DNA of 64,000 bases from Myxococcota bacterium (GCA_965247115.1 CBDFGR010000003.1:1664001-1728000), one strand, 5' to 3'; positions 8,796 to 18,263 are shown, numbered from the stretch's first letter. The notes: a model not told the origin generated them from the letters alone. Numbers and translations are program-made.

Positions 8796-8871
8796 TGGCT
8801 CCCCGGGAGGGACTCGAACCCCCGACCTAGTGGTTAACAGCCACCCGCTCTACCAACTGAGCTACCGAGGA
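8796..8871 (-). tRNA. tRNA-Asn (GTT)
   Basis: Reverse complement TCCTCGGTAGCTCAGTTGGTAGAGCGGGTGGCTGTTAACCACTAGGTCGGGGGTTCGAGTCCCTCCCGGGGAGCCA: 76 nt cloverleaf, GTT anticodon, TTCGA T-loop, encoded CCA. Confidence 0.98.
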
Positions 8872-9018
8872 AGGCGGGATCAGAGTAGGGACGTGGCAGC
8901 AGGATTCAAGTGCACTGCGACGGACTGGGTCCGCCCCTGGGGGTGGGCGGGGAAGGGCAGGACGATCCAAGGGAGTGGAGTTCCGGGAGGAGTGAGCCAC
9001 TTCTGATAGGCTCGGGCC

Positions 9019-10092
9019 ATGGCCTCCGAAACTCCCCGACAGGCCGAACCTCCGGAGCTGGCTCCGGTCCGAGCCGGCGAGGAATTCGACGGCAAGGTCA
9101 TCGAGGCTCACCTGCGCGAGCGGATTCCGGACCTGGAGGGCCCCCTGCAGGTGCTCCAGTTCCCCGGCGGGCATGCGAACCTCACCTACCTGCTGCGCTT
9201 CGGCGAGCGGGAGCTCGTCTTGCGCCGACCACCGCTTGGCCCTGTGGCCCCGCGTTCGCACGATATGGCGCGCGAGTACAAGGTGCTCTCCCGACTGGCG
9301 GAGCACTTTGGACCGGCGCCCCACGCCTACCTGCTCTGTGAGGACCAGAGCGTGATCGGGGCGACCTTCTTCATCATGGAGCGCAGGCGGGGCACCGTCG
9401 TGCGGCATCGAGTTCCAGAGGACCTGGACGTCGAGCCGGCTGCGCGCCGTCGCATGAGCATGACACTGATCAATGTTATGGCGCAGTTCCACAGCATCGA
9501 CTACAAGGCGATCGGTCTCGAGGATCTGGGCAAGCCCGAGGGCTTTGCCGAGCGCCAGGTCCACGGCTGGAAGGGCCGCTGGGAAGGCGCCAAGAACGTG
9601 GAGATCCCGCTCTTCGACCAGGTCTACGAGCGCCTTGTTGCCACGCTGCCACAGTCCCAGCGCTCGAGCCTTGTCCACAACGACCTGAAATTCGACAACG
9701 TGATGTTCCAGCCTCGCAACCCGGACAAGATCGACGCGATCCTCGACTGGGACATGACCACCCTGGGCGACCCCCTGATCGACCTCGGGACGTTGCTCGG
9801 GTACTGGGCCCAGGCCGACGACGCGAAGGATCGCGGAGCCACTACCGCCCTCACGGCACAGCCCGGGTTCCCGACCCGCGCCGAGCTCGCGGAGCACTAC
9901 GCCGAGCTTCGAGGCGTCGGCCTCGAGACCATCAGCTGGTACGAGGCCTTCGCTCTCTGGAAGAGCGCCGTGGTGCTCCAACAGATCTACATTCGCTGGG
10001 TCCGCGGACAGACAGAAGACGAGCGCTTCAAGAGCATCGGCGGCCGAGTCCCCACCCTGATCGAGCTCGCTGCCGAAGTCGTCGGACTCTGA
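9019..10092 (+). CDS. APH/choline kinase-like phosphotransferase (ACAD10/11 N-terminal type)
   Basis: QFPGGHANLTY, VLRRPP, HDMAREYKVL, VHNDLKFDNVM, LDWDMTTLGDPLIDLG. Confidence 0.9.
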   Translation: MASETPRQAEPPELAPVRAGEEFDGKVIEAHLRERIPDLEGPLQVLQFPGGHANLTYLLRFGERELVLRRPPLGPVAPRSHDMAREYKVLSRLAEHFGPAPHAYLLCEDQSVIGATFFIMERRRGTVVRHRVPEDLDVEPAARRRMSMTLINVMAQFHSIDYKAIGLEDLGKPEGFAERQVHGWKGRWEGAKNVEIPLFDQVYERLVATLPQSQRSSLVHNDLKFDNVMFQPRNPDKIDAILDWDMTTLGDPLIDLGTLLGYWAQADDAKDRGATTALTAQPGFPTRAELAEHYAELRGVGLETISWYEAFALWKSAVVLQQIYIRWVRGQTEDERFKSIGGRVPTLIELAAEVVGL

Positions 10093-10098
10093 AAGATC

Positions 10099-10170
10099 GG
10101 GGACGGTCCTTAATCTTGACTTTTCGAGATCCGCCTCGGCGCCAAAAAGTCAAGATTAAGGACCGTCCCC
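10099..10170. repeat. Perfect 26-bp inverted repeat (GGGGACGGTCC family), may also act as a bidirectional terminator
   Basis: ggggacggtccttaatcttgactttt (10099-10124) and aaaagtcaagattaaggaccgtcccc (10145-10170), between convergent genes. Confidence 0.9.
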
Positions 10171-11157
10171 AAGTTCAGGTTGTTGCTGGGTGAGGCAGTG
10201 GACGGAGCCCAGGCCGCGGACCAGGGTTCTCGACGGGATCGGGAGCGCCTTGCGGGTGGGGAAGAGGTGGGCCAGGAGGTCTAGGGCGTCCGCGTCCGAC
10301 GCTTCGCCGAAGGTCGGGACCAGGACGGCGCCGTTGGTGAGGTAGAAGTTGGCGTAGCTCGCGGGGAGGCGCTGACCATCCGCCTCGATCGGCGGCGGCA
10401 GGGGGAGGTCGACGACCTCGAGGTCGGGCTCTTCGAGCAGGCGGGCGCGGCAACGTTCGAGCGGCTCGTGGTTCGGGTCGCTCGGATCCGGGGCGCGGGC
10501 GCATACGATGCGGCCCGGAGCCGCGAAGCGGGCGATCTCGTCCACGTGCCCGTCCGTGTCGTCGCCTTCGATGCAGCCGTCGAGCCAGAGGAAGCGCGTG
10601 ACTCCGAGCAGGGCTTGGAGCGTACCTTCAATTTCGGTGAGTTCCCGGCCAGGGTTCCGTTGCTCGTCCACCAGCGTTGCCACGCTGGCGATCACGGTTC
10701 CCGTACCGTCGACCTCGAGGGATCCGCCCTCGGCAACGAGATCGGCTCGCACCCGCGGCACTCCCGCGAGGCAGGCGACGTGTTTCGCGACCGCGTCATC
10801 GCGACTCCATGGCGGGTACTTTTGCCCCCAGGAATTGAACTCCCAGTCGATTGCAAGCGCACCCCTCGTTGTGTCCTCGACGAAGGTCGGGCCGATGTCG
10901 CGCATCCAGGCATCGTCGGTCGCGACGTGGTGAAGCTGCGCGCTCGTCTCGACGCTGCGGAGTCGAGCGGCGACGTCCCGCGCCAGCTCGTCGTCCTGCA
11001 CCAGGATGTGTACCTGCTCGGACTCAGCCAGCGCGCGGACCAGCGTCTCGAACTCCGCCTGCGCCTCCGCGAGGCAGCCCGGCCAGGTGTCGGAGCTGTG
11101 GGGCCACACGACCCATGTCGCCGCGTGGCGTTCCCACTCGGCGGGCATCCGGCGCAT
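10156..11157 (-). CDS. aguA: Agmatine deiminase family protein
   Basis: RMPAEWERH, DDAWMRDIGP, WEFNSWGQKY, EGGS, DDTDGHVD, ASYANFY, GSVHCLTQQQP. Confidence 0.93.
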   Translation of the reverse strand: MRRMPAEWERHAATWVVWPHSSDTWPGCLAEAQAEFETLVRALAESEQVHILVQDDELARDVAARLRSVETSAQLHHVATDDAWMRDIGPTFVEDTTRGALAIDWEFNSWGQKYPPWSRDDAVAKHVACLAGVPRVRADLVAEGGSLEVDGTGTVIASVATLVDEQRNPGRELTEIEGTLQALLGVTRFLWLDGCIEGDDTDGHVDEIARFAAPGRIVCARAPDPSDPNHEPLERCRARLLEEPDLEVVDLPLPPPIEADGQRLPASYANFYLTNGAVLVPTFGEASDADALDLLAHLFPTRKALPIPSRTLVRGLGSVHCLTQQQPELGDGP

Positions 11158-12024
11158 CTAGCGGCGGAAGCGTTCGACGAGCTCTCCGTAGGCGTCTACG
11201 CGTCGGTCGCGGAGAAACGGCCAATCGCGACGCTTCTGCTCGATCAGATCGAGGGCGCAGTCGACGACGAGCAGGTCCTCCCCGTCATTCGGCGACATGC
11301 CGAGGATGCGCCCGTACGGATCGCACGCAAAGGAGCTACCCCAGAAGTTCACCTCACTCTCTTGACCGACGCGGTTCACGGCTGCTACGAAAACGCCGTT
11401 CGCGATCGCGTGCGCTTTCTGAACGGTGAGCCAGGCTTCCCGTTGCGTTGCGCGGTCCGCTACGGTCTCACTCCGGAGCCATCCGATTGCGGTCGGATAG
11501 AGGAGGATCTCTGCGCCGTCGAGTGCGAGCAGGCGCGCTGCCTCGGGAAACCACTGGTCCCAGCAGATCAGGACCCCGATCCGCCCGACTGCGGTGTCGA
11601 AGCTGTCGAACCCCGTATCTCCCGGGGAGAAGTAGAACTTCTCGTAGAAGAACGGATCGTCCGGGATGTGCATCTTCCGGTAGCGTCCGCACAGGCTGCC
11701 GTCGGCGTCGATCACGCAAGCCGTGTTGTGATAGAGACCGGCGGCCCGCCGCTCAAAGACGGGCGCGACCACCACTACGCGCAGGTCCCCCGCGAGCTTC
11801 TGCATGGCCTCCGTCGTCGGTCCCGGGATCGGCTCTGCGAGATCGAACTTGGAGGAGTCCTCGCTCTGGGGAAAGTATGGAGTGCGGAAAAGCTCTGGCA
11901 GGCAGACGAGCTCTGCCCCTCGGTCCGCGGCCGAGCGAATCGCGTCTTCGGCCCTACGCAGGCTGAGGTCAGGATCCTCCGATACGCGCTGCTGGGCGAG
12001 CGCGATCCGCCGTGTCGCGCTCAC
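11158..12024 (-). CDS. aguB: N-carbamoylputrescine amidase (carbon-nitrogen hydrolase)
   Basis: PELF, YRKMHIPDDPFFYEKFYFSPGD, ICWDQWFPEAAR, YPTAIGW; adjacent to aguA; GTG start at 12024. Confidence 0.9.
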   Translation of the reverse strand: MSATRRIALAQQRVSEDPDLSLRRAEDAIRSAADRGAELVCLPELFRTPYFPQSEDSSKFDLAEPIPGPTTEAMQKLAGDLRVVVVAPVFERRAAGLYHNTACVIDADGSLCGRYRKMHIPDDPFFYEKFYFSPGDTGFDSFDTAVGRIGVLICWDQWFPEAARLLALDGAEILLYPTAIGWLRSETVADRATQREAWLTVQKAHAIANGVFVAAVNRVGQESEVNFWGSSFACDPYGRILGMSPNDGEDLLVVDCALDLIEQKRRDWPFLRDRRVDAYGELVERFRR

Positions 12025-12046
12025 GACCTTATCCGGGAGAAAGACC

Positions 12047-14860
12047 TCACGAGTTGCCGGCGGACTCTTTCGCCGCTCGCTTTCGAGTGGACTTCTTGCG
12101 GACGCTCTTGGCACGCGATGCCTTCTTGCCAGCTGTCTTTTTCCTGCTAGAAGCCTTGCGGCTCGTCTTCTTGCGAGCCGGCTTCTTTGTAGTCGTCTTC
12201 TTGGAAGACGCGCGCCCGCCCGTCCGCTTGCGAGTTGTCTTCTTGCCGGTGCCGCGCTTGGTACCGGCCTTGCGCTGGCCCCGGCCCGATGGATTCAAGA
12301 ACTCAAAGCCGTGGCGCCCGTTCTCCTTGAGTACAAGCTTTGCGCCGAACGGCCGACCAAAGCGCGAGGTGAAGTCGTCGAGAGTGTCCGTCTCACGGGC
12401 ACTGATGAACTTCAGACAGTCTTCGCGGGTCATCTCGCGCTTGCACACCGTACGCGGCAGGATGAACGGACAGGGCTGGTCTTCTGTGGGGATCTTGTAC
12501 TTCCGCAGCGGCTGGCCCGCGGCCTTCCGCTCCTCGGCCCACGTTCGCGCCTTCTCCAGATTGCCGGCCTCTCTCTCGAGCCCGGCGGCGCAGCGGTACT
12601 GGATTGGTGTCTCGACGACGTCGCTGCCGCATCCCATGGGGCAAGGCCCGAGGGGTTGCTCGTTGACGTCGTACTCCGGCACGTCGGAGATACGCTCGCC
12701 CGCGCTGCCCTGCACGGCGTGTAGCTGGACCTCTCCTTCCTCCAGACTGAGCCGAGCGTTATAGGTACGCCCGTCCCGATACGTAAAGCCCTCGAGCTCG
12801 CCCGTCTCGCCCTTCTCGAGCAGCGTCTCTGCTGTGCGCCGATCGACGTAGCGGCCGGACTTGTCCTTCCAGATGCGGAAAGGGCAGTCCTCTTCGCGTG
12901 AGACGTCCGGCACCTCTTCGCAGCGATAGAACCAGGAGCGTTCGTACACGGGACGATCGCAGAGCGGACACTTCCCCAGCAAGGGGTCGTCCTTGTACAG
13001 GTCCTCGTAGTCGAAGCTCACCGTTACGTCGACGACTTCTTTCGTGTAGTCGACGATCTCTCTCATGAACTCGTCGACGGTGCGAACTCCCCGCTCGACC
13101 TCACTCAGGCGGAACTCCAGCTCCCCGGTGAGCTCTGGTGTGGCCAGCCGATCCGCGTGAATGCGATTGAGCACGTCTACGAGCCGGATCCCCTTGACGG
13201 TGGGTCGAAGCGCCTTGCCGATCCGCACGAGATAGCCTTTGGCGATCAGGTTCTCGATGATGTCGGCTCGGGTGGCCGGAGTGCCGATCCCCTTATCGCG
13301 CATCGCTTCTGCCAGCTCTTCGTCCTCTACCTGACGTCCGGCGCTCTCCATCAAGGACAGGAGCCGCGCCTCGCTGACGCGCGGTGCCGGCTTCGTCGTC
13401 TCTGCCTGGAGCTCCACGTCGACGGTCTCGACCTCGACGCCGGCACTTTCCGTCTGTCCAGGGATCAGCGGAGGAAGAGCCTGGTCCTCCTGCTCGACTT
13501 GACCCATGACGGCCCGCCAGCCCGGCTCGTCGAGTGTGCGCGAGCGCGAGCGGAACGAGTTCTCTCCTACCTCGGTAACCCGCTCGACGCGGGTCCAGCC
13601 CGCAGGCGGGAAGAAGGTCGCCAGGAAGCGCCGAGTCACCAGATCGAAGAGCTTCCCGTCGTCCCCGGACAGCTCTCCGCCCGGAAGCTTCCCGGTCGGG
13701 ATGACCGCGAAGTGGTCCGAGACCTTCGAGTCGTCGAACGTACGCCTGGTATTCTGCATCCCGTTCTCGACCAGGTTGCCTGCCTCACTCTGATAGGGGC
13801 CGTCTCCCGCGAACGTCTGCAGAATCTGGTCCACCGTCTCTCGATAGTCCGCGGGGAGCGCACGCGAATCCGTGCGCGGATAGGTCAGCAGCTTGTGCAT
13901 CTCGTAGCAACGCTGCGCCGCGTTCAAGGTGCGGCGGGCCGACCAGCCGAAGCGACGGTTGCCCTCTCGCTGCAGGCTTGTCAGGTCGAACAGCGGCGGG
14001 GCGGTCTCCCGGCTGGGCTTGCGAGTTTCGCGCGCCGCGCCCGCCTTCGTCGCGATGGCGTCGATGATGGCGTTCGCGCGCATCTCGTCGAAGATGCGGT
14101 TGTCACGCGCCTCTGGTTGTGTGTCGTCGGCACGGAAGGATGAATCGAACCACACGCCGAGATACTCGTGGCTTCCGGCCGAGAACCTCGCGTGCAGCTG
14201 CCAGTAGGGCAGGGGAACGTGTGAGAGGATCTCGAGCTCGCGCCCCACCAGGATAGCCAGGGTGGGTGTCTGCACTCGTCCTGCCGACCAGGCCGTCTTC
14301 TCCTTGCGGCCCTTGAGGCGCCGCGTCAGCGCGCGAGTAGCATTCAGCCCGATCAGCCAGTCGGATCGCGAGCGGCAGGCTGCTGCAGCACCTAGACCGT
14401 CGTAGTCTTCGCCGGGAGCCAGCGACTCGAAGCCTTCGAGGATGGCTCGACGGGTCATGGACTGCAGCCACAACCGCCGAGTCGGCTTCTGGTTGCCGAG
14501 AAAGTCGACGATTTCGCGGAAGATGAGCTCTCCCTCGCGTCCGGCATCGCAGGCGTTCACAACCTCGAGGACGTCATCGCGCGCCAGCAGCTTCTTGATG
14601 GTGCGGATCCGCTCGCTGGCGCCCGCTTTCTGCTTCAGCTCGAAGCGCTCCGGCAAGATCGGGAGGGTGTCGAGGGTCCAGCGCTTGTACTTCGGGTCGA
14701 CTTCCTCCGGCGAGAGCAGCTCCACGATGTGGCCGACGGAGAAGGTGACGATCAGCTCGTCACTCTCCCAGAAGCCGTCGTGCTCGTGAAATCCCCCCAG
14801 CGCCGCGACGATGTCCCGCGCGACGCTAGGCTTCTCGGTGATGACCAGCGATTTGCTCAA
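12047..14860 (-). CDS. topB: DNA topoisomerase III with C-terminal repeats and Lys/Arg-rich tail
   Basis: ITEKPSVARDI, NACDAGREGELIF, SAGRVQTPTL, TYPRTDSR, GIGTPATRADIIENL, FTSRFGRPFGAKL; TTG start at 14860. Confidence 0.93.
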   Translation of the reverse strand: MSKSLVITEKPSVARDIVAALGGFHEHDGFWESDELIVTFSVGHIVELLSPEEVDPKYKRWTLDTLPILPERFELKQKAGASERIRTIKKLLARDDVLEVVNACDAGREGELIFREIVDFLGNQKPTRRLWLQSMTRRAILEGFESLAPGEDYDGLGAAAACRSRSDWLIGLNATRALTRRLKGRKEKTAWSAGRVQTPTLAILVGRELEILSHVPLPYWQLHARFSAGSHEYLGVWFDSSFRADDTQPEARDNRIFDEMRANAIIDAIATKAGAARETRKPSRETAPPLFDLTSLQREGNRRFGWSARRTLNAAQRCYEMHKLLTYPRTDSRALPADYRETVDQILQTFAGDGPYQSEAGNLVENGMQNTRRTFDDSKVSDHFAVIPTGKLPGGELSGDDGKLFDLVTRRFLATFFPPAGWTRVERVTEVGENSFRSRSRTLDEPGWRAVMGQVEQEDQALPPLIPGQTESAGVEVETVDVELQAETTKPAPRVSEARLLSLMESAGRQVEDEELAEAMRDKGIGTPATRADIIENLIAKGYLVRIGKALRPTVKGIRLVDVLNRIHADRLATPELTGELEFRLSEVERGVRTVDEFMREIVDYTKEVVDVTVSFDYEDLYKDDPLLGKCPLCDRPVYERSWFYRCEEVPDVSREEDCPFRIWKDKSGRYVDRRTAETLLEKGETGELEGFTYRDGRTYNARLSLEEGEVQLHAVQGSAGERISDVPEYDVNEQPLGPCPMGCGSDVVETPIQYRCAAGLEREAGNLEKARTWAEERKAAGQPLRKYKIPTEDQPCPFILPRTVCKREMTREDCLKFISARETDTLDDFTSRFGRPFGAKLVLKENGRHGFEFLNPSGRGQRKAGTKRGTGKKTTRKRTGGRASSKKTTTKKPARKKTSRKASSRKKTAGKKASRAKSVRKKSTRKRAAKESAGNS

Positions 14861-15170
14861 CGTTGCTCCCGACCCTGCGGAGTGGTCCCCTTTAGCCCCC
14901 CTGTGGCGCGGAGGCAAGTCGCGAGGCCATCATCGGGGATCTGCACGGGCAACCTGAGGGCGCCTCTTTGAGGGATAATAGCCCCGTATCACGGCCCTTG
15001 ATCACCTATCGCAACTGGCTGTTTATTCAACGGAAACGATATATTCGAGACCGATTCGCGGGGTTGATCCCACATTCCGAAAAAAGCGAGATCCGGGTCT
15101 CCCGGAGCTGGCTTTTCGCCCGTTGCTCGCTGCGGCTAAGATGGTCCAACACTCTGCGGAGGAGTCAGGA

Positions 15171-15746
15171 ATGTCGGACTTGGCACTGCAGCGCATCGAG
15201 AGCGCAATCGCCCGGCTGAGCGAGCAACAGGCGCAGATCTGCGCGAGGATCTCCGCCCTGGAGGGGGGAGTCGGGCGTCTGGCTGGTCAGAAGAAGCTCG
15301 ACAAGCAAGAGGTTCTCACCTTTCTCGACTCCTTCCGCGCCGGCGAAGCGCTTGGCGAGGCCTCGCTCGGGGCCTGGCTCGCGGTGAGCGACACGGCCTG
15401 TGTTCGCGGCGGACTCCGGACGGCCCAGCAGCGCGAGGGGATGCACGCCCGCCTGCTCGAGGAGCGTCTGCGCGAGCTCGGAGCGGCGCCCAGCTTCGAG
15501 ATTCCGCCGGAGGAGCGCGAGAAGGCAATGAAGAGCTCCGCCTCGACCGAGAAGACCGACGCCCAGAAGCTGCTCGAATTCGTACAGCGCTTCCCTGACA
15601 TCGATGCCGCGCTCAAGCCGATTCACGACATCGCGGACCAGCTCGACGACGATCCGGAGACACAGTTCCTGTTGCGCACCATTGCGCAGGACGAGCGCTC
15701 AACGCTCCAGTTCTTCGCCGATGCCTGCGCGCTGCTGAACGGCTAG
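15171..15746 (+). CDS. Hypothetical protein, ferritin-like four-helix bundle with N-terminal coiled coil
   Basis: GGAGGAG RBS; GE...REGMH (ExxH) and QDERS helix-pair spacing. Confidence 0.55.
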   Translation: MSDLALQRIESAIARLSEQQAQICARISALEGGVGRLAGQKKLDKQEVLTFLDSFRAGEALGEASLGAWLAVSDTACVRGGLRTAQQREGMHARLLEERLRELGAAPSFEIPPEEREKAMKSSASTEKTDAQKLLEFVQRFPDIDAALKPIHDIADQLDDDPETQFLLRTIAQDERSTLQFFADACALLNG

Positions 15747-15776
15747 ACCCCTCCGCCGCAAGTCGGCCACCACCCC

Positions 15777-15804
15777 TCAAGGAAATTTGCCCGGCTGCCG
15801 TTGA
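15777..15804 (+). promoter_or_regulatory. Putative sigma-28 (FliA)-type promoter
   Basis: tCAAG-N15-GCCGTTGA, about 40 nt before the GTG at 15846. Confidence 0.3.
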
Positions 15805-15845
15805 GCTTGTCGGGACGGCTGCGTGCGCGAGGGGGTGCAGGTCTA

Positions 15846-17669
15846 GTGTCCAAGTCACGAATCGAGCTTCATGCGCGGGAGGTCACCGACTTCGCAACGC
15901 TGCGAGCCTTGCGCGGTGCGTTGGAGCGACAAGGCGAGCGGGCAGAGCTGACCACCGCCCCGGGGCTCCGCTCGGAACCTGACGGCGGGCCGGAGCCAGG
16001 CTGCGCGGTGGGTCCCCTCCCATGTTTGCTCCGGGTCATGGTGGCCGGTCCCCTCGCCCTGGGCGACCAGAACCCACCTCCCTGCGCGATCATCGTCGAT
16101 GAGATCGACCCGCCCTGGCGCGTGGTGCCCACCGAGCTGGCGACCGCGGACCTGATCTTCGTTCCCGGCCCCTTCACAGCCGAGCTGGCGCCCTTGCGCG
16201 AGCGCGGCGCGAACAAGGTCAGCGTGTGTGGGATCGCCCGACTCGACGAGCTGGTCGAGGATCCCACAGGTTCCAGGACGAAGGCGCGCGCCGAGCTGTA
16301 CCTGCCTCCCGAGGCCGAAGTCGTCCTCTACCTTCCCTCGAGCGACAGCCAAGGTGCATTCGCGAGCCTGGTGAGCGACGAGATCGCTCGGCTTCCCGCC
16401 TCGGGACTGACGGTGCTCGCTGTCTCGGATGACACTGCTGGAGTCGGAGGCATCAAGCTGCGGGAGCTGGCCGCCCACACGCCCGGCCTTGCGCTGCTCG
16501 AGCGTCTCGACCCGCGGCGCGCCCTCGCGGCCAGCGATGTGGTCGTATCCGATCGTGCGAGCGTGCTCTACGAGGCAGCGGCCCTCGGCAGGGGTACCGT
16601 GCTCCTCGAGGGTGCCGCCGACGGGACGCAGGCGGCGGGCATTCTCGATCCCAAGCTCGAGGTCGGACCACGCGTGCACAAACCCGAATCGCTGGCGGCC
16701 GCGGTGCGCTCCGCCCTCCCTGGCTCGTCGTGGTCACGCCAGTACTCTGACGCTCGCACCCGCTGTCGCACCGAGCTGCTCTGCACGGAAGGCTCGGCAG
16801 CGGACCGCATGGCCACCGCGCTCCGTGCGCACCTGGGGGAGATCGAGAGCCGTGTGCGTGAGGCAGAGCCTCGCTTCGCTCCGCTCCCGCGCCAGGAGGC
16901 GGGGCTCGAGCTCAATCCTGGCGAGTCGCTGCTGGAGGGCATCGAGGCCCAGGTGGCCTTCGGTGACGTAGAGGGGGCGCGGGAGCGGCTGATCGCCCTG
17001 CTCGAGCAGCAGCCGAGCCCCCTTGGGTATCGACGGCTCGCCTCGATACATCGGAAGGCCGGCGACACGAGCGCAGCCCTCGTTGCCCTCGCCTCGGCGG
17101 AGGAGATCTCGAAGCGCGAGACTGCCGAGCTGCTCTGTGAGCGCGGACGCGTCCTCGTCGACTCGAACCAGATCGGGGGTGCGCGACAGGCCTTTGAGGA
17201 GGCGCTGCGACTCGCGCCCGAGCTCGTCGATCCGCTGGTGGGTCTCGGCTCCCTGGCCGTGCACCAGGTCGACGCGCCGGCTGCGGAGGAGTATTTCCGG
17301 CGCGCCATCGCCGGAGAGAAGTCGCCTCGCACTATGACCGGGTTGGGCCTCGCGCTGCTACAGGCCGGACGGGCGCGCGAAGCTCTCCTCCATCTCGAAG
17401 AGGCGCTCGACATGCAAGCCGACTGCGTCTCTGCGGTCTATGGAGTGGTGCAGGCGGGCTTTCAAACCGGGGAGCTCGCACTTGCGGAGCGGCGCGTGCG
17501 CGCGTTCGTGGAGCTGCACAGCGGCAACCTCGATCTGATCTTCACGCTAGCAGGACTGCGTTTTCAGCTCGGCGATCGCGCAGGATCCCTCGAGATGATC
17601 GAACGCATCGAGCTGTTCGAGCCGCACTACCCCGGCCTCGAGGAGCTCAGGAGCAAGCTGCATTCCTAG
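15846..17669 (+). CDS. CDP-glycerol glycerophosphotransferase-like (GT-B) domain plus C-terminal TPR repeats
   Basis: CGIARLDELV, VVLYLPS, ALAASDVVVSDRASVLYEAAALGRGTVLL (TagF-like); C-terminal TPR helices (AFEEALRLAPE, HLEEALDMQAD). Confidence 0.65.
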   Translation: MSKSRIELHAREVTDFATLRALRGALERQGERAELTTAPGLRSEPDGGPEPGCAVGPLPCLLRVMVAGPLALGDQNPPPCAIIVDEIDPPWRVVPTELATADLIFVPGPFTAELAPLRERGANKVSVCGIARLDELVEDPTGSRTKARAELYLPPEAEVVLYLPSSDSQGAFASLVSDEIARLPASGLTVLAVSDDTAGVGGIKLRELAAHTPGLALLERLDPRRALAASDVVVSDRASVLYEAAALGRGTVLLEGAADGTQAAGILDPKLEVGPRVHKPESLAAAVRSALPGSSWSRQYSDARTRCRTELLCTEGSAADRMATALRAHLGEIESRVREAEPRFAPLPRQEAGLELNPGESLLEGIEAQVAFGDVEGARERLIALLEQQPSPLGYRRLASIHRKAGDTSAALVALASAEEISKRETAELLCERGRVLVDSNQIGGARQAFEEALRLAPELVDPLVGLGSLAVHQVDAPAAEEYFRRAIAGEKSPRTMTGLGLALLQAGRAREALLHLEEALDMQADCVSAVYGVVQAGFQTGELALAERRVRAFVELHSGNLDLIFTLAGLRFQLGDRAGSLEMIERIELFEPHYPGLEELRSKLHS

Positions 17670-17734
17670 TGTTCGCAGTCAGGCAAAGCCGAGGGCAGAG
17701 CGAGTGCCCATCAGCAGCCCGCGGGAGGACCGCT

Positions 17735-17836
17735 TGCGCGCCGCGACCCCCAACGCAAGCCGCGTAGCGGCGCGCAGTGAGGCGAAGCCGAACGTAGAGC
17801 GGGTGGCGCGCGACCGCTCGCGCGCCGGGACCCGCA
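17735..17836 (-). repeat. REP-like palindromic element (TGTGGGACCCGG family), diverged copy
   Basis: Reverse complement tgcgggtcccggcgcgcgagcggtcgcgcgccacccgctctacg, similar to copies at 39768, 44321, 52783 and 61829. Confidence 0.7.
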
Positions 17837-17872
17837 AGACACGTGGCGGGGCGGCTTGCCTATGATGGCGCT

Positions 17873-18232
17873 ATGGAGAGCGTGCGGGTTGATCGGTGGC
17901 TCTACGCGTCGCGGATTTTCAAGTCTCGGACGTTGGCTACGGCCGCATGCGCCGGCGGCCGGGTCAAGGTCAACCTGACCAACGCCAAGGCTCACCATCC
18001 GGTCGTGGTTGGAGACGAGATCAGGGCAGGGACGCCGGCTGCGAAGCGCATCCTGATCGTCGCGAAGCTTGCGGAGAAGCGGCTCAGCGCCCCGCTGGCG
18101 CGCGAGCTGTACGAGGATCGCTCGCCAGCTCCGCTCGACACCCGACTGGGCTCGGTGCAGCGCGACCGCGGCGCAGGTCGGCCGACAAAGCGCGACAAGC
18201 GGGCGCTGCAGAGGCTGAAACGCGGCGATTAG
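17873..18232 (+). CDS. hslR: S4 RNA-binding protein, Hsp15
   Basis: VRVDRWLYASRIFKSRTLATAACAGGRVKVN and RDRGAGRPTKRDKR. Confidence 0.92.
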   Translation: MESVRVDRWLYASRIFKSRTLATAACAGGRVKVNLTNAKAHHPVVVGDEIRAGTPAAKRILIVAKLAEKRLSAPLARELYEDRSPAPLDTRLGSVQRDRGAGRPTKRDKRALQRLKRGD

Positions 18233-18263
18233 CTGCTAGCGCGCAGCGTCAGCGGCGCGCGCC

